A DNA stretch of 55,741 nt from a virus. Lineage: Duplodnaviria > Caudoviricetes. The notes under the pieces were generated by a model. It saw only the letters and a list, made by a program, of their open reading frames with translations. It ran no database searches and had not been told where the DNA came from. A program made the translations under genes and the position numbers. Location of the stretch: IMG/VR virus record IMGVR_UViG_3300038436_000236, positions 1 through 55,741 of that record, one strand, 5' to 3'. Of this stretch, positions 44,933-54,823 are shown in pieces. Positions within the stretch are counted from its first letter, which is position 1. Each line of letters opens with the position of its first letter.

Positions 44933-47881
44933 ATGGGCGAAAATAGATTTCGAATAGTGATCGAGGCCGACAACAAGGGGCGTCCTGTCATCAAGCAGGC
45001 GGAGAGCGACCTTGACAGCCTGGGGAATAAGGCGAAAGGGGCGGGGCAGAAGGTCGATAGTGCGTTTAGTGGCATGGGGCGGGCATCGAGCACGTTGCTT
45101 TCTACCTTGTCCGGGCTGGTCGGCGTGTTCGGCGTTGGTTTCGGAGTTGCGCAAGTTGTTGCCATGGCCGACGAATACCAGAACCTGAATGGCAGGCTGA
45201 AACTGGTTGTCGCCACCCAGCAAGAGCAGGCTGCGGTTGAAAAAGAGCTGTATGAATCCTCGCAGGATGCGCGGGTTGGGTATGGGCAGACCATAGACCT
45301 GTACGCGAGGATGGCGCGGGCGACGAAGGAAATGAATGTCGAACGGGCGGACCTCCTGACGGTTACTGACTCCATCAATAAATCGCTGATCATCTCCGGG
45401 GCATCTGCTGAGGCGGCGAATGCGGCTTTGATTCAGCTTGGCCAGGGCCTGGCGTCCGGGACGTTGCGCGGCGAGGAGCTGACCTCTGTGCTTGAGCAGG
45501 CCCCTCGCTTGGCTGAGGCGATCGCGTCCGGCATGGGTGTTGGTATCGGCGAGCTGCGGCGGCTTGGAACTGAAGGCGAGTTGACGGCGGAAAAGATTCT
45601 TGGAGCACTCTTGAATCAGACTGAGAAGATCAACAGCGAATTTGCGCAGATGCCGAAGACCATCGGCCAGGCCATGACGGTTATTAATAACACGCTTGGC
45701 AAGTTCATTTCCGATACTGATCGGGCGGGGAGTCTTACCGCGTCGCTTGCTGGCGGAATAATTGAGGTTGCCGAAGCGACTGATAAGTGGACGGAAGAGA
45801 ATGACGAATTGCTCAAGCAGGACATCCCTGCCATTCTCGGGGCTGCGTGGGATGCTATGCAGTTTTACGATGATGAGGTGGAAGTGCTTGTCGAGGTGTT
45901 GATCGCTGCCAAGCTGGCACAGCTCGCTTTCAACGGCGTGGTTGCTGCGAACCCGTATCTGGTCGCTGCTGCTGCTGTAGTCACGTTGAATGAATCGCTG
46001 AAGGCATACGGCCTTGATCTTATTTCGGTGCGGGATAGTGCGGGGCGCTTTGCTGATGATATCGGCGATATGTACGATGTCGCGGCGGGCGATCGCGATG
46101 CAATGACGGGGAAATGGGTTGCTGAGGGCGAGCAGATCGGCAGACAGATTGCTGCGCTCAAGACGGAGCTTGCGGCGGCGTCGCAGACGGAAAAGCCGTG
46201 GTATCTGTTTTCTGCCTTCCCTGATGCTCAGGCGGGCGCTGAGAATGTGCGACGGCTCACTGCTGAGATCGAGGCGCTGCAACGGCGGTTGTCGGCGGTT
46301 AATGCTGATGAGCTGAAAGACAGCGTCGCGTGGTTTTATGCTGCGCAAACTACGGAAAAGGAACCTGTCAAGAAGAGCGGGCCTTTCGTTCCGATGTCGG
46401 ATGATGAGGAAAAGGAAAGTTCCTTTTTTAGCTCTTTGCGGGCGCAAAAGCCTTCTGCGGCGGCAATCGCCGAGGCAAAAAAACTTGCCGACGAATGGGC
46501 GAAGCTGAAAGAAGAGCTGGAGAAAGACATCAGGATCGGCGGTGTTGATGGCCTGGCCCGCGACCTGATGGAGATCGGCATCAAGGCTGAAGAGCTGCGG
46601 GAAGCGGCGGTAAAGGGCGGCGGCAATAGTGCCCTGGTCGATTCCTGGGAGAAGCAGGCGCGGTCTGTTGCTCTCCTGAATTACAACCTGGATGAGCAGA
46701 AAAAGCTTGTTGACCAGGTGGCGAAAGCACAGGGCGCGTGGGATAGCGCGGCTATTGCGGGGATGACTGGGCAGGAACAGGCCATTGCAAGGGTGCGGGC
46801 GGAGTTCGACAAGAACCGGCAAGAGGTCGCTGAAAGTGCGGGCTTGCTGGATAAGTCGAGCGCGGATGTCATCATTGCAATCCAGGCGATTGACAAGGCC
46901 GAGGAGCGGGCGGTCAACACTATTGTCCGGACAAACGAGCTTGGCGGCAAGAGCTTGGAAGAGCTGGCGGAGAAGTTCAGGGATATCGAGAAGGGCGCGA
47001 TGTCTGAGTTTGACAGGGGCCTTGCTGAGATCAACGAGAAATTCTATGAAATGCGCGACGTTTTGCCCGGCTTGATTGAACTCCCGGGAATGACGTTTGA
47101 AAAACTTGCGGAGCTTGACGAGCGGCTTGCGGCACAGCAAGAGGACGCGATTGATCGATTTACCCGCGATGAGGGGAAGTTAACGAACTACTGGCAGGCG
47201 ATGGCGGCAGGCGCTGGGAGCTACGGCGATACGATCGAGGATGTTTTCCGGGGGATTGCTGAGGCGACGGAAAACGCTTTTGGCAGCATGGATGATATGC
47301 TTGTTGACTTTGTCGTCAAGGGGAAATTCGACTTCTCCGGATTCATTGATTCCGTCCTTGCCGACCTGGCGCGGTTGGCGATTCAGAAGGAGGTCACGGG
47401 GCCGCTGTCAAGCGCCTTGATGTCATTTGCGAGCGGCATGTTCGGCGGCGCGTCGTCTTCGGCGGCTGTTCCGTTTGATACTACCACGGCAGTGTGGGCG
47501 CATTCTGGGGGGACTGTCGGTTTCGGCGGTTTCGGAAATGGCATGCGGCAGGTTCAGAGTGATTTATTTCGCAACGCGCCACGGCTTCACAACGGCCTTG
47601 CTGCTGATGAGTTTCCGGCGATCCTTCAGCGGGGGGAGACGGTTACGCCGAAGGGTCAAGCGGCGGGCGGTGGCGGGATTGTGGTTAATCTTATCGAGTC
47701 GCCGGGCGGTGGCGGAAAGGTTGAACAGCGCGATAGCGGCCAGGGTGGCGAGCAAATGATTAATATTTTTGTTGATCAGATTAAGGGGTCAATCGCACGC
47801 GATGTGACGATGGGGAGCGGGGTTATCCCTGCGGCGATAACGCAGACATACGGGCTGAACAGAGTCCCAGGGGGATATTGA
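44933..47881 (+). CDS. Tail tape measure protein
   Basis: ADEYQNLNGRLKLV..QLGQGLASGTLRGEELTSVLEQAP, long helical body, lambda-type C-terminal region, AHSGG..DEFPAILQRGE. Confidence 0.95.
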   Translation: MGENRFRIVIEADNKGRPVIKQAESDLDSLGNKAKGAGQKVDSAFSGMGRASSTLLSTLSGLVGVFGVGFGVAQVVAMADEYQNLNGRLKLVVATQQEQAAVEKELYESSQDARVGYGQTIDLYARMARATKEMNVERADLLTVTDSINKSLIISGASAEAANAALIQLGQGLASGTLRGEELTSVLEQAPRLAEAIASGMGVGIGELRRLGTEGELTAEKILGALLNQTEKINSEFAQMPKTIGQAMTVINNTLGKFISDTDRAGSLTASLAGGIIEVAEATDKWTEENDELLKQDIPAILGAAWDAMQFYDDEVEVLVEVLIAAKLAQLAFNGVVAANPYLVAAAAVVTLNESLKAYGLDLISVRDSAGRFADDIGDMYDVAAGDRDAMTGKWVAEGEQIGRQIAALKTELAAASQTEKPWYLFSAFPDAQAGAENVRRLTAEIEALQRRLSAVNADELKDSVAWFYAAQTTEKEPVKKSGPFVPMSDDEEKESSFFSSLRAQKPSAAAIAEAKKLADEWAKLKEELEKDIRIGGVDGLARDLMEIGIKAEELREAAVKGGGNSALVDSWEKQARSVALLNYNLDEQKKLVDQVAKAQGAWDSAAIAGMTGQEQAIARVRAEFDKNRQEVAESAGLLDKSSADVIIAIQAIDKAEERAVNTIVRTNELGGKSLEELAEKFRDIEKGAMSEFDRGLAEINEKFYEMRDVLPGLIELPGMTFEKLAELDERLAAQQEDAIDRFTRDEGKLTNYWQAMAAGAGSYGDTIEDVFRGIAEATENAFGSMDDMLVDFVVKGKFDFSGFIDSVLADLARLAIQKEVTGPLSSALMSFASGMFGGASSSAAVPFDTTTAVWAHSGGTVGFGGFGNGMRQVQSDLFRNAPRLHNGLAADEFPAILQRGETVTPKGQAAGGGGIVVNLIESPGGGGKVEQRDSGQGGEQMINIFVDQIKGSIARDVTMGSGVIPAAITQTYGLNRVPGGY

Positions 47882-47882
47882 T

Positions 47883-48260
47883 ATGGCGTTTTGGCCTGGT
47901 TTGCCGTCTCCGAAAATGAGCGGATATAAAATAAACCCTGGATCGCAAACAATCACCAGCGATATGGAGGTGGGGCCTGCTCGGGTAAGGAGGATTACGA
48001 AGGCGAGGGGGGACCGTGTCACATGCAGATGGGTTTTTACGGGGGCGCAGATGGCCGTGTTCAGGGCGTGGTTTGATGACGATATTGCCGGGGTCGCTGG
48101 TGGCTCGTTATGGTTCAACGGCATGGAAATGTCGGTTGGCGACAACGAGATTGTGACGCCGGACTGTCGTTTCGTCGTCGGGTCAAATGGGCCATTCTCG
48201 GCGGAGCCGGTATCGTGCATGGATCAGTTCATTGTGTCCGCTGTCCTTGAGGTGCGTTGA
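47883..48260 (+). CDS. Distal tail protein (lambda gpM-like)
   Basis: WPGLPSP..SDMEVGPARVRR..FRAWF..GSLWF. Confidence 0.75.
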   Translation: MAFWPGLPSPKMSGYKINPGSQTITSDMEVGPARVRRITKARGDRVTCRWVFTGAQMAVFRAWFDDDIAGVAGGSLWFNGMEMSVGDNEIVTPDCRFVVGSNGPFSAEPVSCMDQFIVSAVLEVR

Positions 48261-49741
48261 TGCCTGACCCTACTCTTTCAGCGGCGATCAAGGAAGCGTA
48301 TGCTTCGGACCCGAAAAACGTCGTTTATCCGACACTTGAAATCAATCACGATTCATTTACTCAGCCGATCCGTGTTGTCCGCGACAAGGTAAATCTGGTT
48401 GCTACACTTGAGGACACAGCCCCGCTGAATCCTGGTGAGTCTGTCGAATTTATCGCTTACCAATTCAATTTGGTAAAGCCTGAAATCGGGCCGTCCGGAG
48501 TTCCGCAATGTACGATTGAAATTGATAATATTTCTCGGGAAATCCTGGCGCAAATTGATGCGGCTGTTTCTGGCGGCAGTCAAAACCTTATCACCGTCAC
48601 ATATCGGGAATATCTTGACTCGAACGTTCGAGGCGGGGCGGCTGTGGCCGTCGGCGCGCCTGAAATGGCAGGCGCTTTTTATCAATCCGCTGGGGCTCCG
48701 GCTGGCTCTGCGGTGCCATTCGGCGTGTATTTGACAGACAACGGCAATGGAACTTTCGACATCCTTGTTTCGTGGGAGCGCTATGCCGATATCGCACCGC
48801 TCAAGGCTGACTATGTCTTGCTATTCACGCGGGCAGATGCTGCGCCGCCGTCTATTCAGGACACTGTCCGCGCATTTATGGTCAATCGTAATCGTGCTTA
48901 TTTTTTGGTAAGCGGGGTGCCCGCGGCTGAGGTCCGGTCAATCGGGATCGCTGCTGCAAGATCGACTGAAAACGGGCTGGAGATCGGGGAAATAAAAACG
49001 GGGGAGATGTTGGGCGAAAATTTTATCGACGATATCTCTGTATGGGGTGCAACTGCTGATCGGGTTCTTTCTGGGACGCATTCGCCTGATGGGTCGCCCG
49101 GCTATACGCTTACCGACAACAATGTGTTGACTTATGGGTATACTACTTCTGCGTATCTGCCGTATGTCGGTGGGGATGTTTGCTTGTGCGACATTTTTAT
49201 CGCAAAGGACACAGTTTCTGACAGGGTGGTGCTGCTGCGGTGTTTGAGCTATAACGGCGCGAGTTACCTTGATTTCAGAGTGCGCACTGATACCGGGGAG
49301 TATTTGCGGAATGCGGTCGGTTCCGCTGTCTTCACATCGTGGGGAATATACGATTTTGGGGACTGGTGGCGGGTGCGCGTGGCTGGATCTGTAGGGGTGG
49401 GCGGTGCTACATTCCGGGTCCGGTTTTATCCGGCTATCGGGCCTGACCTTACGTCAAATACAGTAGCCACAACTGGCAGCGCTACGATTGCCGGGGCAAA
49501 TTTGTTTAAAGTGCTCGGGACACCGCCTTTCACTCTGCTGAATATCGGCGCGGGAACGGCGAATTACCCGGACAGTATTCCGGGGCCTGAGAATGATCCA
49601 CCGTTGAAAATGGTACTCTCTGATATCGTCGCTAATCCGTTCCGAATCAAGGCGGTTGCGGGATTCCCTAATATGGCGAATCGGCGTTTTCCTTCTGACG
49701 AATACACGGCTGAAGTGTTTCCGGGGTTGGTTAATCAATGA
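48260..49741 (+). CDS. DUF1833-like tail tip protein with a large internal insertion
   Basis: N-half AIKEAYAS..TLEINH..PIRVV..IDNISREI..VTYREYL and C-half GPENDPP..NRRFP..YT..FPGL separated by about 320 aa. Confidence 0.75.
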   Translation: MPDPTLSAAIKEAYASDPKNVVYPTLEINHDSFTQPIRVVRDKVNLVATLEDTAPLNPGESVEFIAYQFNLVKPEIGPSGVPQCTIEIDNISREILAQIDAAVSGGSQNLITVTYREYLDSNVRGGAAVAVGAPEMAGAFYQSAGAPAGSAVPFGVYLTDNGNGTFDILVSWERYADIAPLKADYVLLFTRADAAPPSIQDTVRAFMVNRNRAYFLVSGVPAAEVRSIGIAAARSTENGLEIGEIKTGEMLGENFIDDISVWGATADRVLSGTHSPDGSPGYTLTDNNVLTYGYTTSAYLPYVGGDVCLCDIFIAKDTVSDRVVLLRCLSYNGASYLDFRVRTDTGEYLRNAVGSAVFTSWGIYDFGDWWRVRVAGSVGVGGATFRVRFYPAIGPDLTSNTVATTGSATIAGANLFKVLGTPPFTLLNIGAGTANYPDSIPGPENDPPLKMVLSDIVANPFRIKAVAGFPNMANRRFPSDEYTAEVFPGLVNQ

Positions 49742-50121
49742 AATGGATCGATGATTATGTGGGGAAGCCTTGGGCGGCTATTGATAATAATTGCTGGGAT
49801 TTTGTCCGTCTCATCTGGCGGGAGCATTTCGGGCTGGAGGTGCCCGCGGTCGATGTTGACGCATACAGTCGGCTTGCATGTTGCCGCGCTTTGTCGGCGC
49901 ATGATCATCGGCATGAATGGGTTGAGGTGGAAACGCCTGCTGATGGTGACGCGGTGCTGATGGGGCGGTCAAAGCTCATGGCGCATGTGGGCGTGTTCGT
50001 GGCTGGTCGTGTTTTGCACTGCCTGGAGGGGCATGGCGTTGTCTGGCAGCGGTTATCTGATGTCAAGCTTTCCGGACTCAAGAATATACTTTTTTATCGG
50101 CATAGGGAGTTGATGAAATGA
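49738..50121 (+). CDS. NlpC/P60 tail tip protein (gpK-like)
   Basis: YVGKPW..NCWDFV..HVGV..LHC. Confidence 0.85.
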   Translation: MKWIDDYVGKPWAAIDNNCWDFVRLIWREHFGLEVPAVDVDAYSRLACCRALSAHDHRHEWVEVETPADGDAVLMGRSKLMAHVGVFVAGRVLHCLEGHGVVWQRLSDVKLSGLKNILFYRHRELMK

Positions 50122-52790
50122 GCGCTGTTGCATTCATTGTGAGTGATCCTTTCCGGCCTCTTGACTCAAGGAAGAGGATCAGTGCCGTGGTTGGTGCGTC
50201 GGTTTCGTCGCTGTCGGTTACTGATCGGCGGCATATCATTATCAGGAATGGCGCGGCTGTGCTGCGGGCTGATTGGGATGAGGAAATTATAGAAGGTGAT
50301 TTTTTTTCTGTGGTTGTTTTGCCCCGTGGCGGGGGCGGTGGGTCGAATCCTCTGCATATTGTGGCTATGCTGGCCGTTGTGGTTCTCGCAGCGTATACAG
50401 GCGGCGCGGCGTTCGGTGCTGTCGGGGCGTTCGGCGCTGGTTCGGCTGGCGGCGCATTCGGGGTTAGTGCGCTGGGGGCTGGTCTTGTTTCTGCTGCTGT
50501 AATGGTTGCGGGCTCGGCGCTGGTGAATGCGGTAATCCCGCCCGCGTCTGTGCCTTCTTCTCAGCAAGCTGCCGCCCTGGCGTCGCCTTCACCTACTTAT
50601 AACTTGCAGGCGCAGGGGAATGCGGCGAGGCTTGAGCAGGCTATTCCTGTGCAGTATGGGAGGCTGAGGTGCTTCCCTGATTTCGCTGCAATGCCGTATC
50701 TCGAATATGCCGGGAATGAGCAATACTTGTATATGCTGCTGTGCATCGGGAAGGGCGAGTATGATATCGAGGGAATTTACATCGAGGATACGGACATTGA
50801 GTCATTTGCCGAGGTGGAAACGGAAATTGTTCCACCTGGTGGGGCACTTAGTTTGTTCCCGGCGAACGTTGCCAGCTCCGGGGAGGTAAGCGGGCAGGAG
50901 TTGTTGAACGGTGCGTTTGTCGGCGGCTTTGTCGCTAATCCTGCGGGTACACTGACAACGAAATTAGGGATTGATGTTGTTATGCCGCGTGGCCTTTATG
51001 TCTTTGATACGGAATCCGGCGCAATCGGGAATGTGAGCCTTACAGTGCAAACCGATGCAAGGCTGGTTGATGATGACGGCGTCGCGATCGGGGCGTGGGT
51101 GACGCTGGGGACAAAAACTTTTACGTTCAAATCAACAACACCACAGCGGGCAAGTATTCGGTATGCTGTCGCGTCCGGTCGGTACGAAGTCCGCATGACG
51201 CGTACTGATACCAAGCAGACCGCGAGCAACTACGGACACGAGGTGGTGTGGGCTGGGCTACGGGCGTACTTGCCAGGGAGTAGGACGTTCGGGAATGTCA
51301 CGTTGCTGGCTATCATCATGCGGGCGTCGAATAACCTGTCACCACGGGCGAGCAGGCGAATCAACGTGGTTTGTACGAGAAAATTGCCGATTTTTAATGG
51401 CGTATCCTGGAGCGCCCCCGTTAAAACCGCGTCCCTGGCGTGGGCTATCGCTGATGTGTGTATGAATGCTGACTATAGCGTCGGGCTCGGCGGTGATGCT
51501 GTCGATTTAGCGGGGCTCCTTGAGCTTGACGCAATATGGAGTGCGCGGGGCGATGAGTTCAACGGGCGATTTGATGCGACCATTTCTTTTTGGGAGGCGA
51601 TAACGAAAATTTGCCGCGCTGGTAGGGCAAAGCCTTTCATGCAGGGCGGGATTATCCGGGTTGCACGGGATAATGAGGACCAGGCCCCTGTTGCTCTGTT
51701 CAATATGCGGAATATTAAGCGCGGCTCTTTCTCAATTCACTATGTCATGCCTACAGAGGACACTGCGGACGCGGTTAATGTGTCGTATTTCGATGAGCAG
51801 ACGTGGACAACAAGGCGAGTTTTGGCGGCGCTTCCTGGGGGAACTACAAATAAGCCTGCGAAAGTTGATTTGTTCGGCGTCACTTCTCGGCGGTTGGCGA
51901 ATATCGACGGAATTTACAGCGCGGCGTGTAATCGGTATCGGCGGACGTTTATCAGCTTTTCGACTGAACTTGAAGGGCTTATTCCTTCCTACGGGGATCT
52001 GATCGCGGTATCACATGATATGCCGATGTGGGGGCAGTCTACGGGCGAAATCGTTGGATATGATGGCTTGGCGCAGACGATTTTATGCTCTGAACCTCTG
52101 GTATACACTGACGGGGCTAACCATTATATCGGGATGAATAGGGCGGATGGGTCGCTTGCAGGGCCTTATCAGGTTATGAGGGGGATAGATGACTGCCAGG
52201 CCATTTTGCTGGATACTCTTGACTTTGTTCCTTACACAGGGATGGAAAGGGAGCGCACGCGGTTTTCTTTCGGTCCTGGCGAGGCGTGGCGTAAACCGGC
52301 GAAAGTGCTGGCTGTCACGCCGCGAGGGATGCATGATATAAGGATTGACTGCGTGAACGATGATCCGGCTGTTTATACGGCTGAGGAGGGGAGCGTTACC
52401 CCGCCCGTGCAGTATAGCAGCCTGCCGACCCTGTTCACTGTTCCGGTCATTTCCTCGCTTTCTATAAAAAGTAGTGTTCCTGACGCGATGAAAATTTTGC
52501 TGGCCTGGACGCCTGCCCCTGGAGCTGATAATTATCACCTGGAAATGGCGGCGGGGGTTGACCCTTATGCTGAAGATTTGGTGTGGACCCGCGTTGCTGA
52601 ATCTACCGCGAATAATGCGGCGGTAACGGCCTTGTACGGGGCGCAGACGCTTATCCGGGTGCGCGGTGTCGGCATGTCGGTTGGGCCTTGGAAAACTGCC
52701 TTCTATGGGGATGAATCTGACTTTATGTGGTCAAACGACACGGCGCTCATGTGGGATGCCGTGGACACAACTTTGATGTGGAGATATTAA
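50118..52790 (+). CDS. Central tail tip / host specificity protein (TipJ-like)
   Basis: N-terminal gpI-like region, NAARLEQAIPVQYGR, GRYEVRMTR, LFNMRNI, C-terminal FN3-like segment. Confidence 0.88.
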   Translation: MSAVAFIVSDPFRPLDSRKRISAVVGASVSSLSVTDRRHIIIRNGAAVLRADWDEEIIEGDFFSVVVLPRGGGGGSNPLHIVAMLAVVVLAAYTGGAAFGAVGAFGAGSAGGAFGVSALGAGLVSAAVMVAGSALVNAVIPPASVPSSQQAAALASPSPTYNLQAQGNAARLEQAIPVQYGRLRCFPDFAAMPYLEYAGNEQYLYMLLCIGKGEYDIEGIYIEDTDIESFAEVETEIVPPGGALSLFPANVASSGEVSGQELLNGAFVGGFVANPAGTLTTKLGIDVVMPRGLYVFDTESGAIGNVSLTVQTDARLVDDDGVAIGAWVTLGTKTFTFKSTTPQRASIRYAVASGRYEVRMTRTDTKQTASNYGHEVVWAGLRAYLPGSRTFGNVTLLAIIMRASNNLSPRASRRINVVCTRKLPIFNGVSWSAPVKTASLAWAIADVCMNADYSVGLGGDAVDLAGLLELDAIWSARGDEFNGRFDATISFWEAITKICRAGRAKPFMQGGIIRVARDNEDQAPVALFNMRNIKRGSFSIHYVMPTEDTADAVNVSYFDEQTWTTRRVLAALPGGTTNKPAKVDLFGVTSRRLANIDGIYSAACNRYRRTFISFSTELEGLIPSYGDLIAVSHDMPMWGQSTGEIVGYDGLAQTILCSEPLVYTDGANHYIGMNRADGSLAGPYQVMRGIDDCQAILLDTLDFVPYTGMERERTRFSFGPGEAWRKPAKVLAVTPRGMHDIRIDCVNDDPAVYTAEEGSVTPPVQYSSLPTLFTVPVISSLSIKSSVPDAMKILLAWTPAPGADNYHLEMAAGVDPYAEDLVWTRVAESTANNAAVTALYGAQTLIRVRGVGMSVGPWKTAFYGDESDFMWSNDTALMWDAVDTTLMWRY

Positions 52791-52793
52791 AAA

Positions 52794-53648
52794 ATGGTCG
52801 CATTACCTGATGTTGCTGATTTTACCGGGTCAACCGTTACAGAGGCAGGGTTTAAGACTGCGCAGGCTGACCTTATTGCATTTCTGTCCGGACTGTTTGG
52901 GACGGCTGGAACTCAGGCGGCAGCGCTTGCTGCACTCGGGGCGCTGTGCGGTTCTGTCGCGAGTAAAACAGGCGCTTATACGGTCCTTGTGGCTGACAGG
53001 GGGAAAGTGCTTGTTTGCTCCGGCACATTCACGCTTTCCGTAACGGCTGCTGCGACGTTGGGGAGTGGCTTTGCTTTTATCGTGGTTAATTCCGGGGCCG
53101 GATCAATAACGGTTGATCCGAATAGCGCAGAGTTGATTGATGGCGTGGCTACGAAAAGTGTTCCGGCTGGAACGGGGCTTATTTGTATCTGCGACGGGGT
53201 TGGAATCCGGACTGTCGGGTCGCTGCCTATCGCGTCTGCTTCTGTCCTGGGCGGGGTGAAGGTGGGGAGCGGTCTTTCTATTACGTCTGGTGTTCTTTCT
53301 ACAAGTTTACCGTTACCGCTTACGGTGGCGAATGGCGGGACTGGCGCGAATGTTGCGGCTACGGCTGCGGATAACTTGAGCGTGGTGAAGCGTGACCATG
53401 GTTATAATGTGGTCGGGAGTCTGTGCTTCGCTGTTTGCAGTTCTGATTGCGCGTCTGGTGGGACTATGGCGGGAGCATCGCTAAATTCAGTTGGTATAGG
53501 CTGGTGGGTAGATACCGACTATGACACGCGCGTTGTATGGAGCACCGGAGGTGTATTATCTGGCACATGGCGATGCCTTGGCAGTAGTAACAATTATTCT
53601 TCTGCAACGTCTAATGGGGGCGCGACGCTTTGGCAGCGCATTGCATAA
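52794..53648 (+). CDS. Tail fibre protein
   Basis: Gly/Ala/Thr-rich; KTGAYTV, ASASVLGGVKVG, VANGGTGA, C-terminal SGTWRCLG..TLWQRIA. Confidence 0.85.
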   Translation: MVALPDVADFTGSTVTEAGFKTAQADLIAFLSGLFGTAGTQAAALAALGALCGSVASKTGAYTVLVADRGKVLVCSGTFTLSVTAAATLGSGFAFIVVNSGAGSITVDPNSAELIDGVATKSVPAGTGLICICDGVGIRTVGSLPIASASVLGGVKVGSGLSITSGVLSTSLPLPLTVANGGTGANVAATAADNLSVVKRDHGYNVVGSLCFAVCSSDCASGGTMAGASLNSVGIGWWVDTDYDTRVVWSTGGVLSGTWRCLGSSNNYSSATSNGGATLWQRIA

Positions 53649-53687
53649 TTAATTTAGGCGCATACTGCGCAATTGTGAGGACTTGAA

Positions 53688-54245
53688 ATGAATATCTTAT
53701 CAGTAAAAAATCCGCGCTTTAACGCTGGCGGCACCATCGATATGGAAATTGAAATTGCTGTGGGGGAATTTATTCCGTTCACCGCTTCCGCTGATGATGT
53801 CGAGCCGCACGGGGTCGAGCTGTACGGGCTGGCGGTTGCCGGTGAGTTCGGGGTGGTGGCTGCTGCGCCGACGATATCAATTGACCAGTATAAGGCCGAG
53901 GCGTGCGCAAGCATCGACAGGATGAGAGAAACGAAGTTACGGGATGGTTTTCTTTTCAACGGCGGATTGTTTCAGAACGACACGACATCAATGCTGCGGA
54001 TAGCGGGGGCGTTCTCCCTTGCATTGGCTGCGAAAGCTGCTTTGAATTCGTCGTGGTCAAAAAGTTGGATTATCGCGGATAATACGGTTGTCACTTTATC
54101 GGCTGATGACATGATCGCGGTCGGCGAGGCGGCGGCGGCGCATGAGCAGGAAATGATTTATATCGGACACGCCCACAAGCAGGCGGTGTTGGCGCTGACC
54201 GACATTGAAAGCGTTATCGGTTATGATTACTCACTCGGCTGGTGA
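53688..54245 (+). CDS. Tail fibre assembly protein (DUF4376-like C-terminus)
   Basis: IPFTASADDVEPHG; WIIADNTVVTLSADDM. Confidence 0.8.
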   Translation: MNILSVKNPRFNAGGTIDMEIEIAVGEFIPFTASADDVEPHGVELYGLAVAGEFGVVAAAPTISIDQYKAEACASIDRMRETKLRDGFLFNGGLFQNDTTSMLRIAGAFSLALAAKAALNSSWSKSWIIADNTVVTLSADDMIAVGEAAAAHEQEMIYIGHAHKQAVLALTDIESVIGYDYSLGW

Positions 54246-54262
54246 AAAAGCTTGCAGAGAAC

Positions 54263-54280
54263 TATTATCCATGTATTATA
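54263..54280. promoter_or_regulatory. 18-bp operator copy TATTATCCATGTATTATA upstream of the lysis cassette
   Basis: 16/18 match; overlaps TATAAT at 54277-54282. Confidence 0.65.
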
Positions 54281-54314
54281 ATTTCCATTATCAATAAATA
54301 ATCGCGAGGGAATT

Positions 54315-54620
54315 ATGGATATACCGACAGGCTACACACTCACAGGTGCACAGGATTGGCCGATGCTCATTACCACCATGAAACTGGCGTCAGGGATCGT
54401 CGGCGGCTTGCTATCGTCTATCATTGGCTTGCTGGGGGCGTTCTGGCTTGATTTCAGGAATAAGTTTGCCACCCACGTTAAAGAGGGGGAAAAGTCGTGC
54501 GGGAAATGCAAGGTCGGCATAGATGAAGAGTTTGACGCGATATGGGACACGATTGATACCTGTTTCCCGCGTGTGGCCGGGGCGGCGTCGAAGCGTAAGA
54601 AAAAAGTGGCGCCTGCATGA
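54315..54620 (+). CDS. Putative holin-like membrane protein
   Basis: One TM segment (GIVGGLLSSIIGLLGAFWL), basic C-terminus KRKKK, upstream of endolysin. Confidence 0.5.
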   Translation: MDIPTGYTLTGAQDWPMLITTMKLASGIVGGLLSSIIGLLGAFWLDFRNKFATHVKEGEKSCGKCKVGIDEEFDAIWDTIDTCFPRVAGAASKRKKKVAPA

Positions 54621-54823
54621 AAATGCGGCTGCATGTCGATACTGAATTGTGCTGCGGCTGCGGTAACTGCTTTTATTTTTTCGCTAAATTGCGGCTGGAC
54701 GCGCCGAAGACTGTGTTATTCGATGACGAAGAGGTCGAGCGTTATCAAAGCGACTTTGACGTGATAGTCCCAGGTTGTTACCTTGAGGCTATAACTATTA
54801 TTGAGGTAAACGATGAAAAATGA
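54617..54823 (+). CDS. Ferredoxin-like protein (single-cluster type)
   Basis: VDTELCCGCGNC (C12-C15-C18) and distal C54 in GCYLEAI; 68 aa, acidic. Confidence 0.65.
   Translation: MKMRLHVDTELCCGCGNCFYFFAKLRLDAPKTVLFDDEEVERYQSDFDVIVPGCYLEAITIIEVNDEK

Noticed and set aside
32235-47140. Long minus-strand ORFs 32235..34043, 38887..40374 and 44816..47140
   Set aside because: They lie opposite the MuF, capsid and tape measure genes, have no recognisable motifs and are expected from codon bias
48626-49579. Intein or intron as the explanation for the tail protein insertion
   Set aside because: No Cys/Ser start with His-Asn end and no homing endonuclease motif seen; the frame is continuous
40311-53648. 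Diversity-generating retroelement or invertible fibre cassette
   Set aside because: No reverse transcriptase or invertase in the window and no template/variable repeat pair seen; the paralogs at 40.3-41.6 kb differ throughout, not only at adenines. Sequence beyond the window cannot be assessed
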